Of a DNA stretch of 64,000 bases, positions 57,269-64,000 are shown in pieces. A program made the translations under genes and the position numbers. Source of the stretch: Synergistaceae bacterium (GTDB taxonomy: Bacteria > Synergistota > Synergistia > Synergistales > Aminithiophilaceae); assembly GCA_016756725.1 (NCBI GenBank), contig JAESII010000005.1:78996-142995 (forward strand). The letters run 5' to 3'. Below the pieces are notes generated by a model that was not told where the DNA came from, did not search any database, and saw nothing but the letters and a program-made list of their open reading frames with translations. Every line of letters starts with the position of its first letter. Positions within the stretch are counted from its first letter, which is position 1.

Positions 57269-58031
57269 CATGGGTTTTGAGGAAGTCCTCGATGAGCTTC
57301 CGGGCGATGCTGAAGGAGGGGGGGAAGTCGGGCATTTCCTCAGGACTGAACCACCGGGCGTCGACGATTTCTCTCCCGTCGATGGCGATCTCCCCCGATT
57401 TCCATCGGGCCTTGAAGCCCACCATGAGAGACCTTGGAAAGGGCCAGGGCTGGCTGCCGAAATAGCGGATGTCCTGGACCTCGATGCCCACCTCTTCCCG
57501 GATCTCCCGGATGATGGTGGTCTCCAGCGATTCTCCGGCCTCGACGAAACCGGCCAGGACGGAGTAGCGGCCCGGAGGGAAGTGGGGACTCCGGCCCAGC
57601 AGGATTTTCCCGTCCCTTTCGACGGCGACGATGACGGCAGGAGCGATGACGGGGAAGACGACATTGTCGCAGGAAGAGCAGAGGAGGGCCTTCTCTTCGG
57701 GGTGGTCGGCGAGAGCATGACCGCAGCGGCCGCAGAAACGGTTCATTCGGTGCCAGTCCATGAGATGAAAGGCCTTGCCTGAGAGGAAGAAGAGACTCTC
57801 GTCGAGCCGTCCCCAGAGGGAGCGGCGGCTGACGAAAGTCATGCCCTCAGGTGCCTCCGTCCCGAGGGGCACTTCCGCCCAGGAAAGCCCCTCCCTGTCG
57901 GGATGGCGCAGGTCGAGAAAGGGGAGGTCGTTCAGGGAGGCCTCATCCGCCCCGGGCAGGGAGGGATTCCCCTCCTTGCGGAGCAGGAGGTCGTCGCCGC
58001 GGAAGACGAAAAAGGGATCCGTTCCTCTCAC
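57243..58031 (-). CDS. nudC: NAD(H) diphosphatase
   Basis: Zn ribbon CGRC..CSSC, Nudix box GFVEAGESLE..REIREEVG, SQPWPFPRSLM. Confidence 0.93.
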   Translation of the reverse strand: MRGTDPFFVFRGDDLLLRKEGNPSLPGADEASLNDLPFLDLRHPDREGLSWAEVPLGTEAPEGMTFVSRRSLWGRLDESLFFLSGKAFHLMDWHRMNRFCGRCGHALADHPEEKALLCSSCDNVVFPVIAPAVIVAVERDGKILLGRSPHFPPGRYSVLAGFVEAGESLETTIIREIREEVGIEVQDIRYFGSQPWPFPRSLMVGFKARWKSGEIAIDGREIVDARWFSPEEMPDFPPSFSIARKLIEDFLKTHDGKGRGLP

Positions 58032-58801
58032 CGGTCGTTACCGCCTCTGGCCCGGACCAGTTCTCGACGGCAGGCCTGAAAGAGGAGTGTCGCCTCAAGG
58101 CTGATGGCGATGTACTGGAAGCCCTCTTCGGCCTTGCGCCGGGCCTCGTCGCCGTCAAGAAGGAAGGTTCCTGCGGCCTTGCCGTGTCTACGGGCCAGGC
58201 GCAGCACCTCACGGGAGGCTTCTTCGACCCGTTCGTGATGGACCTGGCCGGGGATGCCCATGGATTGGGACATGTCGAAGGGACCGAAGAAGACGACGTC
58301 GATGGCCGGCTCGGAGAGGACGTCGTCAAGGGCGTGCAGTCCCTCAAGGCTTTCGCACTGGACGACGACAAGAGTTTCCTCGTTGGAGCGTCGGGAATAC
58401 TCCTCCGTCGGGACAGCTCCGTAGTCACCCGCACGGGGCAGGGCCAGGCCCCTCTTGCCAAGAGGGTGGTACTTGCTGCCGGCGATGACCTCCCGGGCCT
58501 CGTCGCGGCTGGTGACCTGGGGGACCTGAATGCCCTGGGCACCGACGTCCAGAGCCCGGAGCAGCGCCTGAGGGCTGCTGTCGGCGACGCGGACGATCGG
58601 CGTCAGGCTGCGGGTCTCGGCGGCGCGGACCAGCCCCTGCAGAGTCTCCGGCGAGGACGGCCCGTGTTCTGTGTCGAGGATGACGAAATCGAAACCGGCG
58701 ATCCCCAGGATCTCGACCGTTTCCGGCGAGGGAATAACGGAAAAAGCGCCGAAAGCCGTCTTGCCCTCACGGAGCCGTCGCTTGAGATGATTTTTGAACA
58801 T
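58028..58801 (-). CDS. HpcH/HpaI (GarL-like) aldolase
   Basis: GFDFVILDTEHG, LDVGAQGI.VP, GKRG, FGPFDMS. Confidence 0.88.
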   Translation of the reverse strand: MFKNHLKRRLREGKTAFGAFSVIPSPETVEILGIAGFDFVILDTEHGPSSPETLQGLVRAAETRSLTPIVRVADSSPQALLRALDVGAQGIQVPQVTSRDEAREVIAGSKYHPLGKRGLALPRAGDYGAVPTEEYSRRSNEETLVVVQCESLEGLHALDDVLSEPAIDVVFFGPFDMSQSMGIPGQVHHERVEEASREVLRLARRHGKAAGTFLLDGDEARRKAEEGFQYIAISLEATLLFQACRRELVRARGGNDR

Positions 58802-58935
58802 GACGCACCTCCTCTAGAGCTATTTTAGCCTGCCTGAGCCGTTTCGTCTTGCTTCCCCGACTTGACCTTGGTCGAAGGAGAATCTACAATTATTCAAGAA
58901 ATTAAAAAAGATTATATCTCCTGGAAAAGAAACCG

Positions 58936-59553
58936 ATGAATCCCTCCCCGCGCAGCGCCCTTTCGGGGGTGCTCGTCGTTTTCTACGTTGTCCTTGCCGG
59001 CAAGTTCTTCGGCCCTTCGACGACCTTCGCCCGTCTGGCGGCCTCCATGGAAGGTCTCGTCGCACCGGAACACGTGGCCTCCCTCGCCTATTTCGAACGT
59101 AACGGCTTCAAGGTCGACTGGCCGATGCTCTTTGTCACCGGTATCGCCCTGGGGGGCTTTCCTCTGCCCCCTTGCAGGGGGAACCTTCAAGGTTCAGGCT
59201 GTGCTGGACATGTGGGGCCGTCGCTTCGGCTTCAGGCCCCTCTTGCGGGGACTTGCGGTTTTCGCCGGAGGTGTGCTGGCCATCATCGGGGCCCGCATGG
59301 CCGGTGGCTGTCCCGGCGGCCATGGCCCGAGTGGCACCGTGCAGCTTGCGCTGGGGAGCCTCATTTCGCTCGCCTTCCTCTTTGTCGGCGGCATCGTCAC
59401 GGCCCGTCTCGTCTACGGGAAGGGAGAAACTGGGGCAAGGTCTTCCTCTTTGGTGACGTTGACGGCGGCGATTTCCTCTGGCTTGCCGGCTCTCTCGTCG
59501 CCGGCGTGGCCCTGTTGCGCTGGATCGAATGCCACGAAAGGGGAATCGTCTAG
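58936..59553 (+). pseudogene. YeeE/YedE (thiosulfate/sulfur transporter) pseudogene
   Basis: DWPMLFVTGIALG then +1 frameshift in G6 (59151-59156) to AFL...GARMAGGCPGGHG; followed by an apparent C-terminal remnant of a second YeeE half. Confidence 0.7.
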
Positions 59554-59608
59554 CCTTATCGGAATGACCTGGTCCAATCGCAACGCGTTGCTGGAAGGGG
59601 GGAGTCCC

Positions 59609-60361
59609 TTGTCGAACGGAAGGACCTTGGCTGAGCGGATCGGCAGGGCGAAACGCGTCGTCGCCTTCACCGGTGCCGGCATGAGCACTGAATCGGGGCT
59701 GGCCGACTTCCGGTCCTCCCGGGGACACTGGAAGCGGTACGACCCTCTCGCGATGGCCTCCGTCGAGGCCCTTCAGAGCCGGTCGCCGGCCTTTTATGAC
59801 TTTTACCGCATGCGCATTGAGGCTCTCTCGGGCGTTGAGCCTCACCAGGGTCACCGGGTCCTGGCCCGTTGGGAGGATGAGGGGCGTCTTCAGGCGGTGA
59901 TCACCCAGAACGTCGACCGCCTCCATCAGGCGGCCGGGTCTCGGCGCGTCGTGGAGTTGCACGGTAACCTGAGGGAGGTCTCCTGCACCCAGTGCCGGCA
60001 GCGCTTCCCATCGACAGTTCTCCTTGAGCGGGTCGACTGCGCCCTCTGTGGAGGGGCTTTGCGCCCTGCCGTGGTCCTTTTCGGCGAGCATCTTCCCGGA
60101 GGGCCCTTCGCCGAGTCGGAGGAGCTCGCTGAGAGCTGCGATCTTCTGCTCGTCCTGGGATCTTCCCTCACCGTCTCGCCGGCCAATGTCTTTCCCGGCA
60201 TCGCCCAGTCGGGCGGGGCCGATCTGGTTATCGTCAACCGGGGTGCAACGCCCTATGACGGGCGGGCCGATCTGGTCATCGACGGCGCCATCGGTGAGGT
60301 GCTGGCTGCGGCCGATGGCTGTCTGAGAGAGGCCGGCCATGCCGGCGGACAGGAGGGATGA
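59609..60361 (+). CDS. cobB: Sir2-family NAD-dependent deacylase
   Basis: TGAGMSTESGLADFRS, ITQNVDRLH, ELHG, two CxxC, LGSSL.V.PA; TTG start inferred (or 59627). Confidence 0.9.
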   Translation: MSNGRTLAERIGRAKRVVAFTGAGMSTESGLADFRSSRGHWKRYDPLAMASVEALQSRSPAFYDFYRMRIEALSGVEPHQGHRVLARWEDEGRLQAVITQNVDRLHQAAGSRRVVELHGNLREVSCTQCRQRFPSTVLLERVDCALCGGALRPAVVLFGEHLPGGPFAESEELAESCDLLLVLGSSLTVSPANVFPGIAQSGGADLVIVNRGATPYDGRADLVIDGAIGEVLAAADGCLREAGHAGGQEG

Positions 60362-60543
60362 CGATGGAAGACCGAAAGGACCAGACTGCCCTTATGAGGG
60401 AGCTGAAAGAGGAGGTCAAGCGGCTGAAAGAAAAGCAGGCCCTTCTTTTCGACCGTCTTGACGTCTTGGAGAGGCGCCTGGGGCACCTCGAAAAGCCTGA
60501 CGAGTCTCTCCCGGTCGTCGACCGGGAGGAGGGGCGCTGCTGA
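60358..60543 (+). CDS. Small coiled-coil hypothetical protein
   Basis: RBS GGAGGG, ATGA overlap with cobB, heptad pattern. Confidence 0.55.
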   Translation: MTMEDRKDQTALMRELKEEVKRLKEKQALLFDRLDVLERRLGHLEKPDESLPVVDREEGRC

Positions 60544-60553
60544 GAAACGCAAC

Positions 60554-60580
60554 GTGGCCGAGGCATCTTGCCTCGGCCAC
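60554..60580. terminator. Terminator between the small ORF and the tRNA cluster
   Basis: gtggccgaggca-tct-tgcctcggccac. Confidence 0.75.
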
Positions 60581-60590
60581 TGTAATCAGC

Positions 60591-60666
60591 TGGCAGTCCC
60601 TAGGGGATTCGAACCCCTGTCGACGGGCTGAGAACCCGCTATCCTAGACCACTAGACGAAGGGACC
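60591..60666 (-). tRNA. tRNA-Glu(CTC)
   Basis: Reverse complement GGTCCCTTCGTCTAGTGG...GCGGG-TTCTCAG-CCCGT...GGTTCGAATCC...GCCA. Confidence 0.95.
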
Positions 60667-60810
60667 GCGTCGGTGATCGAAATTCTACGACAGGAAGGCC
60701 CCCGTTGTAAAGGGGAGGAGTGAATTTTCCTCCCTCCCCAAGAACTCTGTGTCCTTAGGAGGATCAAGATGGAACGGGCCCCCTGCCGAAGCAAGGAGCC
60801 CATTCCCAAT

Positions 60811-60886
60811 TGGCAGTCCCTAGGGGATTCGAACCCCTGTCGACGGGCTGAGAACCCGCTATCCTAGACCACTAGACGAAGGGACC
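60811..60886 (-). tRNA. tRNA-Glu(CTC), identical second copy
   Basis: Same 76-nt sequence as 60591-60666. Confidence 0.95.
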
Positions 60887-60919
60887 ATCGAAAACGCCGC
60901 AGACGCGACGGTTCTTTCA

Positions 60920-60993
60920 TGGCTGGGGAACGTGGATTCGAACCACGATTACCTGATCCAGAGTCAGGCGTCCTGCCGTTAGACGATTCCCCA
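60920..60993 (-). tRNA. tRNA-Gln(CTG)
   Basis: Reverse complement TGGGGAATCGTCTAACGG...CCTGA-CTCTGGA-TCAGG...GGTTCGAATCC...GCCA. Confidence 0.95.
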
Positions 60994-61238
60994 TCATTCG
61001 AGGCTGGGGGAGCCCCGTTCGCGAGAGATGGTAACATGAATTTGTCGGCGGTGCAACCCTGCGGGGTGAGACTCCTTTCCCTTCCGGCGTCTTCTGAATC
61101 AGGCGGTGTTTCCCGGAAGCGATTCCGCGAGTCGGCGTCCCCGATCTCCCGATGGTGTAGAATAGGCACGAGGCAGCGGGCCGGAGAGAATCCGGCATGG
61201 CAGATAAATGGTGAAGAATTTCGGGAGGTGGCTCTTTC

Positions 61239-62510
61239 ATGAATGTGGAACGTGCGGCCTATCAGGAGATGCTGCGGAAGCGTCCGCTCAACGTTCAGGC
61301 GGCCTACGGCGGTGAGCCCGTCGGCCTGGTCAGCGGACGGGACGTTTTCGGGGCGGCGAAGAAGGCCGGCGCGATTGTGCTCGCCGCCAATGCCAGGAAC
61401 CCCCTGACCATCAAGGGTGTCCTCCGGGCGGCGAAGAAGCTGGACGCCGCCGTCGTCCTCGAGCTGGCCAAGTCGGAGTCGACCTACTGTGCCAGCACCT
61501 TCGAGAACATGGTGGACTATGCTGTCCGCTATTCGGCCGAGCTTGGCCATGGCGTCCTCTTTGCCCTTCATATGGACCACTATGCCGTCAAGTCCCATGA
61601 CGATCTTCTTAAGTCCATCGCCCAGATCCGGATGGCCATGGAGAAGGGCTGGACCTCGGTGGCCATCGACGCCTCCCACAGCCCCGACTGGGAGAACCTC
61701 TGCTTCACCCGGGACGTGGCGATGCACATCCCCCCCTACATCGGCCTTGAGGTCGAGGTGGGGGAGATTAAGGGCGCAGGTGAAGTCTCGACACCCGAGG
61801 AGGCCCTCTTCTTCGTCGGCGGGCTCAACGCCTGGGGCGTCTTCCCCGACCTTCTGGCCATTTCCAACGGCTCCCTCCACGGGACATACGACCCCACGAT
61901 GGGACAGGTCGAGGGGATTGATCTGGAGGCGACGAAGGCCATCGCCGACGCCATCGCCCCCTACGGCGTTTCCATCGCCCAGCACGGTATTTCCGGGACG
62001 CCCCTGGGAAAGTGCAGCCTCTTCACCCGCTACGGAATCAACAAAGGCAACGTGGCCACCCTTTTCCAGAACGTCCTCTTTGGCCTGAAGATGGACCCCG
62101 AGACGGGCAATGCCGTCACCGAAGAGGGGAGCTACGTCAAGGAGGTTGACAGAGGCATTCCCGTCGAGCTCTGGGAGCGGATCGTAGCCTGGGCGGACGA
62201 GAAGGGATATTCCCGTAAGAGCGGCGATTACAAGAAGGCCAACAAGCCCTTCGGCGACGAAATCCTGGCCCTGCCTCAACCCGTTCAGGATCGGATCGTC
62301 GACGAGACCGAGGCTTGGGCCGAGAAGTTCATTAAGGCTTTCAAGGCCGAGGGAACGGCTGAGGCTGTGCTGGATCTCATGGCGACCAGGGCGGACCACA
62401 ACTGCGCGCCCGAGCGCAAGATCCTCCATGACCGATCGGAGTTCACGCCTGAAAAGGCTCCCGACTACCATGTCGGCCCGTTGGCTGACGGAAAGGATTA
62501 CTCCGACTGA
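61239..62510 (+). CDS. fba: Class II fructose-bisphosphate aldolase
   Basis: HMDH, IDASH, EVEVGEI, AISNGSLHG, AQHG.SG, K.NVAT. Confidence 0.88.
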   Translation: MNVERAAYQEMLRKRPLNVQAAYGGEPVGLVSGRDVFGAAKKAGAIVLAANARNPLTIKGVLRAAKKLDAAVVLELAKSESTYCASTFENMVDYAVRYSAELGHGVLFALHMDHYAVKSHDDLLKSIAQIRMAMEKGWTSVAIDASHSPDWENLCFTRDVAMHIPPYIGLEVEVGEIKGAGEVSTPEEALFFVGGLNAWGVFPDLLAISNGSLHGTYDPTMGQVEGIDLEATKAIADAIAPYGVSIAQHGISGTPLGKCSLFTRYGINKGNVATLFQNVLFGLKMDPETGNAVTEEGSYVKEVDRGIPVELWERIVAWADEKGYSRKSGDYKKANKPFGDEILALPQPVQDRIVDETEAWAEKFIKAFKAEGTAEAVLDLMATRADHNCAPERKILHDRSEFTPEKAPDYHVGPLADGKDYSD

Positions 62511-62617
62511 GCCGAAAAATCAGGTTTTGCGTTGACCCGAGGCCCGGGGAGGGCGGAAGCTCTCCCCGTTTTTCGTGCGCTCGTGGTACTATGACTATTC
62601 GAATGGGAGGTGATGCC

Positions 62618-64000
62618 TTGGCCAAATCCAAGCCAAGAAGGCGCCGCAGCGGCAAGTCCTCTGCCGGTGCCGACGGTCTGCGCGTGATCCCCTTGGGGGG
62701 ACTGGGGCAGATCGGCAAGAACTGCACGTTATTCGAGTACGGTGAGGATCTCGTGATGGTCGACTGCGGACTCATGTTCCCCGAAGAGGACATGTTGGGC
62801 ATCGATTTTGTCATCCCCGACGTGAGCTACGTCGAAGAGCGCAAGGATCGTCTCCGGGGAATCGTCGTGACCCACGGTCACGAGGATCACATCGGAGCTC
62901 TTTCGTTCGTCCTTCCCCGTCTCGATGTTCCTGTTTACGCCACGAAGCTAACATTGGGCCTGATCCGGAACAAATTAAAGGAGGCGGCGCCGACCTACGA
63001 GCCCCGTTTCCATGAGATAAGGGCAGGAGACGTTGTCGAGCTCGGGGCCTTCAGCTTCGAGTTCATCGCCGTCTGTCACTCCATTCCCGACGGGGTGGGG
63101 CTGGCTATCCACACGCCTCTTGGAACCATCGTCCATACGGGCGACTTCAAGCTCGATCCGACGCCCATCGACGGCCGGATCACCGACTACAGCACTTTCG
63201 CCGAGCTGGGCAGGCGTGGCGTGTTGCTCATGATGTCTGACTCGACGAACGTGGAACGGTCCGGTTTCACCCACTCGGAACGTCTCGTGGGCCGCACGCT
63301 GGAGGAGATTTTCCGCCTCCACCGGAACAAACGCATCGTCCTCGCCACCTTTGCCAGCAACCTTCACCGGGCCCAGCAGGTCTTCGATACGGCCTCCCGT
63401 TTCAACCGGAAGGTCGTCCTCATGGGCAGGAGCATGGTCAACAACGTCGAACTCGCCCGTGAGCTGGGCTATCTCGATGTCGAGGACAGCCTGATCGTCA
63501 CGCCCCAGGAAGTTGACAGAATCCCCCACAACAGACTCGTCGTCCTTACGACGGGGAGCCAGGGGGAACCTTTCTCCGGCCTGGTGCTGATGAGCAAGGG
63601 GGAGCATCACCATATCAAGCTCTCCGAAAAGGATCTCGTCGTCGTCAGCGCGACGCCCATCCCCGGCAACGAGAAGCTCGTGAGCCGCACCGTCAACCGC
63701 CTTTTCGCCTGCGGCTGCGATGTCGTCTACGAACGGGAAAAGGAGATCCACGTCTCCGGCCATGCCGCTCAGGAGGAGCTCAAGATGCTTCTGGCCATCG
63801 TCAGGCCCCGTTATTTCGTGCCCGTTCATGGCGAGTACCGCCACCTTGTCCGTCACAGCCAGCTCGCTCAGGACATGGGGCTGCCGGCAAAGAACGTCTT
63901 TCTCCTCCAGAACGGCGATGTCCTCCAGATCAGCAAGGAAAAGGCCCAGATCAAGGGCAACGTCTCCGTCGGGAGCATCCTCGTCGACGGCCGTGTCTTG
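62618..64000 (+). CDS. rnj: Ribonuclease J (partial, runs off window)
   Basis: Manual translation from TTG 62618 (RBS GGGAGG): IPLGGLGQIGKN, THGHEDHIG, HSIPD, HTGDFK, TGSQGEP, HVSGHA, PVHGEYRH. Confidence 0.93.
   Translation, partial: MAKSKPRRRRSGKSSAGADGLRVIPLGGLGQIGKNCTLFEYGEDLVMVDCGLMFPEEDMLGIDFVIPDVSYVEERKDRLRGIVVTHGHEDHIGALSFVLPRLDVPVYATKLTLGLIRNKLKEAAPTYEPRFHEIRAGDVVELGAFSFEFIAVCHSIPDGVGLAIHTPLGTIVHTGDFKLDPTPIDGRITDYSTFAELGRRGVLLMMSDSTNVERSGFTHSERLVGRTLEEIFRLHRNKRIVLATFASNLHRAQQVFDTASRFNRKVVLMGRSMVNNVELARELGYLDVEDSLIVTPQEVDRIPHNRLVVLTTGSQGEPFSGLVLMSKGEHHHIKLSEKDLVVVSATPIPGNEKLVSRTVNRLFACGCDVVYEREKEIHVSGHAAQEELKMLLAIVRPRYFVPVHGEYRHLVRHSQLAQDMGLPAKNVFLLQNGDVLQISKEKAQIKGNVSVGSILVDGRVL

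Overview
High-GC bacterial chromosome window. Gene content (amino-acid fermentation genes, TolC, Synergistota-style long flagellin) suggests an anaerobic diderm such as a Synergistota member; this is inference. The standout is a ~20 kb co-directional RiPP biosynthetic operon (6600-26600). It encodes a Nif11-leader precursor (double-Gly site, Cys-free Ala/Gly-rich 24-aa core GAAAWVSATGSAAAGAIGAAAAAI), YcaO plus TfuA (backbone thioamidation type), a GT-B glycosyltransferase split by a frameshift in a G8 tract, three paralogous B12-dependent radical SAM enzymes with Cx4Cx2C motifs, the NHLP-type HlyD/C39-ABC/ABC export triad plus TolC, an RRE-like/ThiF adenylyltransferase and an alpha/beta hydrolase. 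I do not recognise this enzyme combination as a characterised RiPP class. Other content: an Fe3+/AfuABC-like ABC transporter, AbrB, an orphan Na+-decarboxylase beta subunit, fhs, hutU and an IclR regulator; a 1944-aa giant flagellin behind a sigma28 promoter; a BTAD-AAA-TPR regulator followed by a probable D-amino-acid utilisation block; an AT-rich two-gene insert behind a xanthine-dehydrogenase-family operon; RlmN with an 11x45-bp repeat tail; trx/ccdA, nudC, an aldolase, a YeeE pseudogene, Sir2, three tRNAs, class II fba and a partial rnj. All family calls come from motif recognition by eye; no database search was run.
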